Source: Lepidodermella squamata | Lineage: Eukaryota > Animalia > Gastrotricha | DNA: 64,000 nucleotides | Direction: 5' to 3' | Assembly: GCA_047495785.1 (NCBI GenBank) | Contig: JBLDXI010000021.1 | Coordinates: forward strand, 1-64,000 | Shown here: positions 1-11,323 of the stretch, one piece after another | Position numbering within the stretch: the first letter of the stretch is position 1 | Layout of the letters: every line of letters starts with the position of its first letter | Notes under the pieces: model-generated | Database searches by the model: none | Seen by the model: only the letters and a program-made list of their open reading frames with translations | What the model was told of the DNA's origin: nothing | Made by a program: the position numbers and the translations under genes

Positions 1-249
1 AAAATCGTACAAAAATGCGAGGATATTGATTATTATCAAGTAAAAATTGCTGATAGCCAGGCTGAGTAGGAATCGCCGATAGCCGGGCAGAAAGTTGACC
101 TTAACCAAGGCTTCAAGGACTACGATGACGTAAATCGCCCCGACTGCGGTTATGCCATATTCGAACATGATGAAAGTGCCCTTCGGACCTGCCAGAAGTT
201 CTTCGATCATCTTCTGGCGAAGGCCGAACAGGCGATGGATATGATCCAT
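1..249 (-). CDS. Orphan class A GPCR family paralog (GPCR-0), 5' part only; runs off the window start
   Basis: Not in the ORF track. Manual translation from ATG 249: MDHIHRLFGLRQKMIEELLAGPKGTFIMFEYGITAVGAIYVIVVLEALVKVNFLPGYRRFLLSLAISNFYLIIINILAFLYDF. Shares GP(K/R)G.F and GYRRFLLSL with the paralogs at 13.6, 53.5 and 60.1 kb. Confidence 0.85.
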   Translation of the reverse strand, partial: MDHIHRLFGLRQKMIEELLAGPKGTFIMFEYGITAVGAIYVIVVLEALVKVNFLPGYRRFLLSLAISNFYLIIINILAFLYDF

Positions 250-1604
250 GTTTGTTTTAAGACCTCGGAAAATGTAGTGACAGCGCCGAGGAAGAAAGCC
301 ACGCCGCAACGTGTAATTACGCAATTTTATTATCATCCGCCGTAGCATGCTGAAAATAAGGCCAAATTTGATTAAATTTTACGCGTTGATTCTGTTCACC
401 TAATTTTTCATATAGGAAGCTAAAAGCCGCCTTTTCTTTCCGTTCTAATAAAATGAAATTTTTTAGCATGTTCTCTCGAGCATGGTAATACCCGACTTTG
501 AGATGATGCTCTTTGATCTTTTTTCTATCGATTAATGGTATCAGCCGGCAATCGATGGGGGTGATTAAATTATTTATAATTCAATTGTGGGCGCGTGAAC
601 GTATGTTTTACTTGCCCAAATAAATATTATGCATGTACTGCGAGCGCGAAGTAATTTTTCACGTGTGAGCGGTAAATTACGCGCCCGACTTGGCTTTTTA
701 ATGATCTTATACGCATTTTCATTGCGTGCATGCGCACGTGCTTTTCTTATAAAAACCGATTTTTTTCTGAGTGCGAATAACCTTTCGTCATCAGGTAAGT
801 TTACCTTTGCTTTTTTCGATATTTTCCCACCTTTAGAAAATTTATTTTCATTTTTCATAAATTTATACCTATTCTACCTTTTGCTATGGGTCAATGGAGT
901 TTTTTCTTTCAAACAAGTAATTGCGCGATTTGTATTGAAATGCAATTCAAGCTTATATAATAACAGTCGTGTAATATAATGCCTCGCCGTGTTTGAATAA
1001 TATTATAAGTGCTAAGACATACGTGATACTTATATTAAGTAAACCTCAACACTTTTTTTGGTTAGTCATACAAGGTATCTCATCAACTGCTTCTATATAT
1101 GTAGTTTCTCCTCATCTCTTCAGTTTCTCGATTGTTTGTAGTAATAACACACAGGATCATAAAAAATGCAGAGCGCTATATAGTACTGCGGTTATTATAA
1201 TTATTTCTGCGATAAATAATATAATATATCTGTGCTGTTATACACATCAGTGACGGCATATGATAGGGAATTTACAACCAGCTGTGCTTGCCGGCGTGAA
1301 GGGCAAGCAAATCTATAGCATAGGTCTGCTGGTGCTGTGCGAGGCCAATTTTCATCGGCTAGCTACATTTTTTCGCCGGCTAAAAAATATATAAAGCGAT
1401 GATTTAGCTTCGTCTCCCCGTCTTTTGCTTTTTATCCCATTTTTCGACAACTTATTATAAATAGAAAAAGGCCTATTTAATTCATATCTGCGCCATTCAT
1501 TCCCTTGTCGCTTGCTCAAAAGCGCAGCGCATTTGTATGGGAAAAAAATTCTCCGATGTTATAGGAAATTTTTTATTAGTTGAGCCTTAAATTTTCATCT
1601 GCTG

Positions 1605-1617
1605 TGACCTTTGACCT
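1605..1617. promoter_or_regulatory. Perfect DR1 nuclear-receptor-type element TGACCTtTGACCT
   Basis: Exact AGGTCA-a-AGGTCA on the minus strand, 30 nt before the ankyrin ATG. Function not shown. Confidence 0.3.
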
Positions 1618-1646
1618 TTAGATTATTTTAGAAGATTTTATTAGAC

Positions 1647-4600
1647 ATGGAAATCGAAAAAGCAGATTTGTACAAATTTTACCACGCCGCCAAGACGAAC
1701 AATGTCGACGAGGCGCGGGAGCTGCTCGACAAATTCGGCGACGAAATTCTCGAAAAAACATCGCCGAAAACGTACCAAATGGCGGCGATTCACCTAGCCG
1801 CCGCTAAGAATGCCCTTCAAATCGCCGAGTTGTGCTTGAAACAGGCGAAAAACAAGCAGCAAGGTAACTTGAAGGACGGCCAGCGAAATTTAACGGCATT
1901 ACACTTCGCGGCTATGAACGGCCATGTGGCGATGGTTCGGCTTTTAGTTGAAAATGGAGCTGATCCTGAGATTCGAACTGGAGATGAAGATTTCGGAGCT
2001 ATGTCGACTCATCTAGCAGCATTTTACGGTCATGCTTCCGTCATCGATTTCCTACTAGAAAACCGACCTAATTTGCTTGAAAGCATTGATGGACATGGCA
2101 ATCACATGATTCATTGGGCCGCAGCTGGGGGCAGTACTGCCGTGTTGGAGCTGTTATTAAAACGAGGCGTTTCAATCGAATTTCCAGCCGGTAAATCGAA
2201 TTGTACCCCTTTGCATATCGCCTCAGCCGCTGGGCAAGTCGACGCTGTTAAATTCCTGCTATCAAAAGGCGCGGATATCAAGGCGAAATTCGAGGGCCAA
2301 TTAGCGATTCATATCGCAGCCTCGCTAGGTCACCGTGATGTTGTCAAGGTGTTCACAAATGCGGACGAGTCGCTGTTCGACGAGTGGGACGGCGCTGGGT
2401 GCCGGCCTTTACATCGAGCCGCCTTAGCTGGGCATGCTAGCGTCGTTGCTTTGCTGCTATTCCAGCGGCATTACCAGGACGATTTAGGGAAAAGGTTCGG
2501 GCGAACCCCGCTGCATATGGCTGCCGATAGAGGTCATATTGAAGTGGCTAAATTACTCCTGGAAAGTGGGGCAAATCCTTACGCAAGGTAAAACGCAACT
2601 TTTTGAATATTATTTTAAAATATTAAATTTATTATTAAACCTGATTTCCAAGCCATAGGCTAAAATGTGTCAAGGAATTTTGAAAATTTTGAAATTTTAA
2701 TTGAATTTAAATTCGAATGCAAAATCATCAAAAAATCAATTTTATATAAATTACGGAATTATTTCCTGATTTTTACTGATAACAAATTACTCTTCAATTT
2801 TCTTAATTTTTCCTTATTTTTCAGATCGAACCATGATGATCATCGACAGATGCCTATTCACCTTGCAGCCTACAACGGCCACAGCGGGATTGTTGAGCTT
2901 TTTCTCGACCATAAATCCGACCTGATGGAAAGCAAAAATTCACATGGCGACAGGCCGATTCACGTCGCGTCACTGCGCGGTCAATCTAAGGTTGTTGAAC
3001 TTTTGCTGAAGCGTGACAAAAATCAGATTGATGTTCGAAATAATTACGGCCGTAATTGCCTGCACTGCGCCGCACAAGAGGGTCATGTTGACACGGTGAA
3101 GTTGCTCGTTCAAAGTGGCGCAAAATTAGAGGCGGAAAGTGAACGGTCCGATGACAGACAGCTGGCGATTCACCTGGCTGCGTTCAACGGTCACACTCGT
3201 GTGATTGACTACCTACTAGCGAAACAAGTCGAATTACTCGAACTAGCCGACCGTCGCGGCCTTACTGCGATACATCGAGCTGCTTTAAATGGGAAGCTTG
3301 AAGTCATGGAGTTGTTGTTGAAGCGAAGATTAAGGCTGCTGAACCAGCGTGACGAGGTGATAGGCCGTACGCCGTTGCACTACGCCGCTCAGGAGGGCCA
3401 TCTTGAAATGGCGAAATTTCTAGTGGAGCGAGGCGCTTTAGTTGACTCCCGTAGTGATCGAGATGACGACGAGTTACTGCCTATTCATTTAGCTGCCCTC
3501 GGCGGGCATGTTGAAGTAGTCGATTACCTACTTCAAATCTCGCCTGAATTGGTGAACACGTTCGACTGGCTGGGAAATATGCCGATTCACTCGGCAGCTC
3601 TCGGCGGTCAATTCAGTGTGATAGAGTATTTAGTTGTGAAGAAAGGTGTCAGTTTGGAGACGAAGAATCGCCGATTCGGCCGGACTTCGCTCCACTTTGC
3701 GGCCGAGAAGGGACACGCAGAAACTGTGAAATCTTTACTCAATATCGGTGCCGATGCTTCGGCTCAGAGCAACGAACGAGATTTCGCGCAAACTGCTGTT
3801 CACATGGCGGCTTATTACGGTCATGTCAACGTCTTGGAGGTAAAATATTTTTTTTAATTTCCACCAAAAACGCAAAATGAGGAGTAACTTTGGACGAACC
3901 CATGCTTTCAAGGTTGAAAATTAGTTGGAAATAATTCAGGAATTTGAACCAAAGGTGGGCGAAGTGGATCCTATTTTTTTCAAAATTTGTTATAAATTTT
4001 AAAAATTTCCCGGATTTTTGTAAATTAATGTTTCGCCAATCCTAATGCCAATCCTATTGGGTAAATTTGGCTGCTAATTTTGAATTGAAAAACTTCATTA
4101 TCAGAAGATTCACCAGTGAATTTTCGGTCGAATATACAAGAAATCCATTACAGGGTGGCCAAAAAATTCCGCAGAAGGCGAATTCGATGCGCATCATTTT
4201 AATGAGGAGTTTCAAGAAATTGAGGAGCTCCATCGGCAGAAGAATGCTTGAAATTATCTTCAACTTCTTAAAACTACTCATTAAATTGATGGATGGAATT
4301 CGCTTTCTGCGGAATTTTTTGGCCACCCTTTAGAGACCCTTATTTCTAAAAAAGTTCGGGAAGGTCACACTGTTCTGATTTTATTTTGAAAACTGACAAT
4401 TGATCTCCAACATACGCAGGAATACTAAATTTCAAAAATTCAAAAAACCTTTTTTCCCAAGTTCAACGATTTTCAGATGATTTTTTACATTTTTGAATTT
4501 TGAATTTGAATTTAATTTGTTTAATGACTTTATTTCTTGAAAGTTTCCTCAAAAATTTAACCCGTCATAAAATTATCCATTTAAGCTTTTAAGTAATTAG

Positions 4601-5142
4601 GCTGGAATTAATTTTTTTCTTTTTTTTAGGCCTTTAAAGAATTTCGCCCGCAGTTATTGTCTGAATCGCAAGACATCCAAGGAAATCGGCCAATCCATTC
4701 AGCCAGCCTAAGCGGCCTTGTTCACGTCGTCGATTATTTACTGCAACAACCCGGCGTTGATTTGGTATCACGTGACTCGAAATACGGCCGAACCCCGCTT
4801 CACTGCGCCGCCGAAAAGGGCCATCTCGCCCTCGTGAAGGCCCTAGTAACCAAGCACAACGCCGATGTGCAGATGCCAAGCGATGAAAACGGCATGACAC
4901 CGTTGCATTTAGCCGTCTACAACGGCCATATAGCTGTCGCGCAATTTCTAGGCAGGAGAAATTCGAAAATATTGCATGTCAAGGATGCGAATGGAAATAC
5001 TGCCCTCGACTGGGTCAGGCGGGACAACAAGCGCCGGCCTAGTGAGGACGCTATTGTCTTGGAACAGTGGCTGCTGACATCGGCATCGCAGCGGCCGAAC
5101 GCCGGCGGCAATCGGCTGCTTTCCCACTGCAAAGTTTCGTGA
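1647..5142 (+). CDS. Ankyrin-repeat protein, about 822 aa, about 22 repeats; exons 1647-2587, 2825-3839, 4630-5142
   Basis: Repeated (G.)TPLH.AA..GH..VV..LL motifs. GT-AG introns 2588-2824 (phase 2) and 3840-4629 (phase 0) join the three ORFs in frame. AATAAA at 5259. Confidence 0.92.
4151..4330. mobile_element. Tc1/mariner-type MITE (180 bp) in ankyrin intron 2
   Basis: TIRs of about 34 bp, CAGGGTGGCCAAAAAATTCCGCAGAAGGCGAATTC / GAATTCGCTTTCTGCGGAATTTTTTGGCCACCCT(T), flanked by TA on both sides (4149-4150, 4331-4332). Confidence 0.8.
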
Positions 5143-5550
5143 TTTTTCTGCGAAAATCACTCAAAATCACACACATTTTCAAAAAGTTTTGTTCGGCGAG
5201 TCTGTTTTACCCATCAAGGTCATCAGATCTGTGAATTTCACACAGCTCTTTCATGAAGAATAAATGCCTTCTCACATAATATTAGAAAACTGCATGAGAT
5301 AATAAATATAACGATAATTTTATTTGTGTCATTTTTTCGAGTTTTTTTCAGTCAAGCAAAACAAAATATCTATTATTCAAGGCTAAAAAAATGAAAAACG
5401 TCTGGTCGATTGAGTTCAAATATTAATTAACAACGCCGGGTATTAAATTGGGTCACCATTTTTTTCGCTAGCACGCTAAAAGAAATTGGTAAATAAATCA
5501 ATACAAAAATCATTTTTTCATCCGAGTCCTTAAAACCGGGTCAAATTTTG

Positions 5551-7482
5551 TTATAAACCGGAGCTGTCATCGTTGTCTATCGGCCGTAGCTTTTCTTCCT
5601 TTTCCCCATTCTCCTCAGCCACGGCAGTTTTACGAGTTCTGGTCCGGCTGAGAAAATTCAGCAAAATCGGCGTAGTAATGCCTTGAACGTCAGATACGCT
5701 TATCGCTAGCCAATAGACGGATGACTGAAGCGTTTTCGGCATCTCCCCGATGCGTTGTAGCATTAGAACTGCGAGGCAAATGTGAATTGGCAATGTGCAG
5801 ATCAAAAATAGAGCTATGCTTGTGAATAGCACGGCTGCGAGCTTTATTTCATGGCTTCGGCGATGATGCGCCTCATTCGCGAATGCGAAATTTGTTCGTC
5901 TCACAGAACGCCACAGCAATCTATGAATGAAAATTATAACAACAATTAAAATTAAAATAATAAACACGTAGCAATTTGAGAATTTCAAAATTTTCAAGTT
6001 GTAGCTTTTATGATTAAAATGAGAAATTCCTAACGGTCTGAATATTTCCACAACTAAAATTGAGGTTCCAGTTGTCGTTTTTTCATCGGCCCTCCCTGAA
6101 CCTGTGAAGTCTTTTGTTGCAACCTGGTTCCATCAGCTAATTAGATACTTATTCAAAATTGGCTTCCAGCGTTCCGATATCGCAAAAATCACCGATTAGT
6201 AAAAATCGATAATTTAAATCGATATCGGCTCTGCAGGCTGAATTACAACTCGTAAACTATTCGATCATAGCGCAAAATATGGATAACCTATATTTTGTTT
6301 GGAACCCCTAATTTAGTGATAGTGTTGGAACCCTATTAACCCTCAACTAACACATACCACATGTGCCTCACTTTTTATCTCGGAGACAATTTTGAGCGCA
6401 GTGAGCTTTGGTGACCTTTAATAAATTTTCGTTCTCTATTAAACAAAAAACTGCATCTCTTTAGCCCTCACCATTTTCGAACTGCAAGGATTTTGTCTAG
6501 AGACACTCGAATAGATAGTTCAAGTATTTGAACCCGAAAAAAATTACGGATATGTACGTTTGTCTAGCCGTTGGTATATTTGGCATATATGTGTATAATT
6601 TTAGCTTACACGTAATTGACAGTGATGACAATTGAAGGCACGATGAAGGCTGCCACACTATAGGACACTTGAATTGAAAAATTAGCATTGAGCCGGTATT
6701 CTTCGACAGCGCAGTATATGTGCGAGACCCCGTCCGGGGTTGTGAAATCTCGGATGAAAATGACCTGGGTCAATGGTGACGTAGCTGCGACATCAAGAAC
6801 GACGAGAATAGCTAACGGAATGATAGCTCGCATGTAATGACGCCTATTTTTGTGGTCACCGGCTAATACAGCCCGGCAATGAACAGACTGACGGCGTTCC
6901 CAACTTATCAATACCATAATCCAACTCTGAAAATAAAAAAATATTGATCAAATCATGGATCGAATGATTTTTAAATTTTTAAATTTTTAAATAAAAATAT
7001 TATGAAAAAATTAAAATTTTATGAAAATGGAATTTATTGATTTTACTTGAATTCATTTTAAATTTAATTTTTTTTAAATTTACTTGAAGTGGTATCATTG
7101 AGCCGAGCATGCAAGCGAAAGCAGTACATCCAAATTTGCCCAATAGGACCCATTCCTCTGTCATGACGTTCTGAACATTCTTCGCCAGGGTAAGTAAGGA
7201 CGACAGTATGTTGAGACTAGCTAAAGCTGTTGTGAACACGAAAAGCTCAGCCCTAATTTTCCGTGAAGAAATCGTTGTCGCGATATTGATAGGAATTGTC
7301 AGGGCTGTATTTATCGCCGCGATGTACATTTCGTGGTAAGAACACGACATAGGCCTATCGAATTGTTGGTAGTATAGGAAAGTGCACTTTTCCGTGGAGT
7401 TGTCATCGCAGACCCACGATTGGTTGATTGCAGATCCTTCAGCAGATGGGCCAAAGCACTGATCGAAGATCGAGCGGTCCAT
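5551..7482 (-). CDS. Divergent class A (rhodopsin-like) GPCR, about 361 aa; exons 7482-7084, 6926-6610, 5920-5551
   Basis: Seven hydrophobic segments; W.LLGKFGC before TM3; ISWERR at the DRY position; AFIVP in TM5; FLICTLP in TM6; TPILL in TM7. Splice phases are consistent (PLQ|SWIM, NYV|LLW). Confidence 0.85.
6053..6317. mobile_element. Possible decayed inverted-repeat element in GPCR intron
   Basis: Imperfect inverted termini ACTAAAATTGAGGTTCCA / TGGAACCCCTAATTTAGT. Confidence 0.3.
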
Positions 7483-9851
7483 ACAATGTTATTATTATAG
7501 GTGATATAAAAGCCACTAAAGGACGAAGAGGAACATATCCGGCGAAAAGCGAAAGATTGATTTTTTTTATATAGACAGAGCCACGTCGCTGCTTCAGAGG
7601 CAATTAAATTAACATCAAAAATTTAATGAAGCATAAAATTTTACAAATTTATAGACTGTTCATAAATAATAACATGAAAATTACTCATCATCATAATTAT
7701 CAGGTGCGAATAATGGAGTGATGTGAACATTCGAGATCATAGCAATAACGAAGATAAGTCTTTGACCTTGAGAAATGAACTCTATCACATCGACTGCGAA
7801 TGAAGACTGAATTGATGCGAGGAAATGCCTAATTAGGGGTAAAATGTTCCGTATTAGGTAATTTTAATGATGCCTTACATAGATAGAACCTTGTTTGACA
7901 AGACTGTAGACACTACGTCTGACCGCGCATTTATCGCAACTTATTTGGCATGATGGAATTTATGGACATGTATGCTTGAAACGGGCGCGTTTTTCCTCAG
8001 AAATGTCTTCATTTATCACAAAAATAAAACAAGAAAAAAATTATAGTTTTCGGTTCAGCCTTTCAATAAGGCAATCGAAAAAAATTTCAAGTCCAGCACG
8101 GATTTCGAAGTAACGCGCGATTTTTTTTCAATACCGGCTCTCAAAGAATTTCTTAAATTTTTAGTCGATGGGAGAAATATGGGTATAACTATAACTCAAC
8201 CTTTCATTCGATCAGGATCGAGGCTAAAATTGATTTTTTCTTTATTGGCTTAGGTTGGGTCTTACGTGTCTTATCCAATTTTACGCATATGGATCGACTT
8301 TCTTTTTGCATTTTTGACGGATTGATCGGACAATGCTTTGGAGGAATAATTTGAAGCGAAGGAAAAATCATTTTCAGATTTTCAGCTGGTTAATTGGAAG
8401 GGTCTAATTTCTGACTTTCCGAATTACACGAAAATTTCCAAAGTGATCAAATTTGAGAAAAACTGTTTAGCTAGATGAAAATAGATTTTGAGAAGATGAA
8501 AAAGACACAGCCTATAAATTATAAGACACTGAGCCTATACATTATAAGCAAAATGCGAATATTCAAAGCCGTATGTGTCTCGTTCTAACTCTTGCCGATC
8601 TTGGCATAGGGTTCAGTTGTACAAGGTATATAAAAGGTATCAGAGCTTGTTAATGTTGTAATTTATCCAATTTCAAAGGACATATATTTATCAATTTTGC
8701 CCAAGTTTTGTGCTATTACGAAACCTAATCTTCCGCCCATTTTTTCGCTCTTTACTAAATGAGAACGTAGCAGGAGAGTGACCAGATTCTGGGAATAAGG
8801 TTGCATTAGCATCGAGTTCAATTTTTTAGATCTCCGGAAAAGCTGAAAACAGGAAATTAACTGTTTGGAAATAAAGCAAGTTTATATCGCTAATTTCTTT
8901 CGCAATTCTACGGAAAGCGCTTTGAGATCAAGGGACAATGGGACTGACATTGCTTTAAAGGTAAATATTAATAGGTATATGAAAAGGGACGTGATTATGC
9001 AACGTTTAACGGCCATCTTCATCGAAAATTTCAAGGACGACCTAGTTGCTTTTAAATTTGCGAAAATGAAGAATGCACTCAAATTTAAACACTGCGCAAA
9101 ATCCGTCACAGAGAGAAATGTGATCATTTTGCAGGAAATCAAAGGTATCCTATCTTCCCTATCCCTTCAGCGATCAACAAAGCTAGCGCCAGATTTAGAC
9201 TTGGGCCCGACAAAAACTCAGACCTGTTAAGTCAAATTGAGAATCTAATATGACTTTCTGTTAATCTCATGTAGTTGGCGGGGAAAAGTTGGAAAATAAT
9301 TACGAACTTCCGACTTTCAATGAGGCTTGATCAGAGCGAACAATAATTTATTGCCGCCTGATAAACATATAAAGAAGACAACCTCACAGGGTTCGTCTTA
9401 GCGATCGGACGCAACCTCCGCACTGCTGCTAGAAACCAAGACAGTGACAAAACCTATGACATATCGAGCAGACATGATAATATAATTCACAAAATATGTA
9501 ACTGAATATTTACTGACTTTTTCGAATTTTGCGCTAATTGAAAAATAATAGCCATATTAAAAGATCCGACCTTCGTTTCACTGTTGCGACCTATCGGGTG
9601 ACGTTGAAGCTGATCAGAGTTGACTTAACATAACGTCCATCCTCGAAAAGGAAATTTTCTAGGCCTTTTTAAATCAACCAAGTGTAGCTAACAAGTCTTG
9701 AAACCACTCACATTCTGTGAATTTTATTCAGTACAAACGGAGAGGGATGAATATTAATTAGTTCGTTCAAACATATCATTGAGAAATTTGAAATAAACTA
9801 GAAACTGAGAGATGCTCTTGTAGAGAGAAATCGATCGTCGTTATTACATTG

Positions 9852-10013
9852 TCACCATAATTTAGGTGCTCGGTTTCTCATGCCTGACACTTGCGCAGGC
9901 GATGTCGGATATCGTTGACGTACTGCGCTAGTTTGCCTCTGATGCTGTCCATTCGCATTCTGACGAACCCCGAAGTTGAACACGCCGTTGTTATTGTTGT
10001 TGTTATTATTTGG

Positions 10014-10079
<66 letters not shown>

Positions 10080-10855
10080 GCTGTTGCGGGGTGTGTAGAC
10101 GAAAACTGTCGGAGTCGTATTCCCATTGTTGTTGTTGTTGTTATTGTTATTGCCGTTCGTAGAAGGGGGCGTAAAAGGGTAAGGCACGTCCGGGAAGGTA
10201 GTTTCGAACATCGGAAACGGAGTGGTGTCGAAGAACGGAGGTTGCGTCGTTTCGAACCAAGGATCAGTCGCTGGTTGGGTGGGCATCGTAGCCCTGGTTG
10301 TCAGTCGATTGTTGTTGTTATTGTTGTTATTGTTGTTATTGTTGTTGTTGTTAACCATACCCGGTCCACCAGGAGCGTAGTAACCTGGTGGGACTACAGT
10401 TTGAACACCGCCATACGGAGGGTACCTCCCACCTTGAGGTCCGTAAGGGCCTTGGCCACCGTAGCCGGGATAGCGGGACCCGCCGCCCGGGTAGCGACCA
10501 GGGTAACCCATGCCCCCCGGGTAACTCCCGCGACCGTACTGCTGCGGGAAATAGAACTGCTTCGTATCAGTCGAATTCGTATTGTTCGCTCCCGTTACTT
10601 CACCGATGACCTTTCCATTGGGAGTATCGATATTCTTAGCGTAAGTCCGACCACCATTCTGATTCCGATTGATGACAATTGATAGCGGCGCGTTTGGGCG
10701 ACTGGGATTTCTTGGGATATCGCCAGAACCAGAAGCGGCAAATGCGAGAAGGGCTATAAAAAGATTGATCAAAGAGGTGTGACATAAGGAAACCTGAGCA
10801 ACAAACCTTGCCCGAAACCCAAGGCCAGAATAAGGATTGTCGATGAAGAAATCAT
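9852..10855 (-). CDS. Secreted low-complexity protein with Gly/Tyr/Pro-rich block, Thr/Pro/Phe repeats and poly-Asn tracts, about 316 aa; exons 10855-10807, 10753-9852
   Basis: The track ORF starts at TTG. ATG 10855 plus a 53-nt GT-AG intron gives the signal-peptide-like start MISSSTILILALGFGQ|ALLAFAASGSG. Four Asn runs, GRYPGG/PGYGG repeats and three F(E/D)TT motifs. Confidence 0.75.
10014..10079. repeat. (ATT)22 microsatellite encoding poly-Asn on the minus strand
   Basis: Pure trinucleotide run inside the CDS. Confidence 0.95.
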
Positions 10856-11323
10856 GTTTTTGCAAATATCAGTCGTGTGAACTGAATGTTCCAGAACGTA
10901 GTTTATGTACTGACACCAGACGTGCTGACTGGGTTGCGTGGCGGCTCATCGTCGCAGGCGCGAAATAAGACGTAACATCACTCGAGAGTTTTTTGCGCGA
11001 TCAATTACACGCTCGTCAGGGTGTAATTAGTCACCGTATTTACCCGCCCAGTGCGCGCAATTCATCAAAATGGCAACACCTACACAGCTAGTTTTTGCGT
11101 GCCAAATAGAACAATAGGGGGCCGATAACTCATCCTCAGGCGTCTATTTCTTTGTTCTGAACAATGTTTTTCGCGCCTTATTGCTGCACGCGATAGAAAA
11201 AAACATGATTTTGATTTTATTCATCATCATCAACGCTGGTTTCAGGTCAAGGTGTATCAGGGGTTGAGATAGAAAAGCAGCAGGTTTTCTCGTTGATAAT
11301 AATATCGATTTTTTTCACTCCTA

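Noticed and set aside
2667-2824. N-terminal extensions of track ORFs (e.g. 2667, 6051, 39627, 52493, 63296)
   Set aside because: These are AT-rich intron sequence read in frame upstream of the real splice acceptors.
5551-5760. Possible opsin identity for the 5.5-7.5 kb GPCR
   Set aside because: No retinal-binding Lys in TM7.
8865-9230. 121-aa ORF and its antisense partner
   Set aside because: TTG start, AT-rich, and no recognisable motif or supported splice structure.
9878-10682. Poly-Ile/poly-Val ORFs in the track (9878..10126, 9891..10682)
   Set aside because: Alternative-frame and antisense shadows of the AAT/AAC repeats of the poly-Asn gene.
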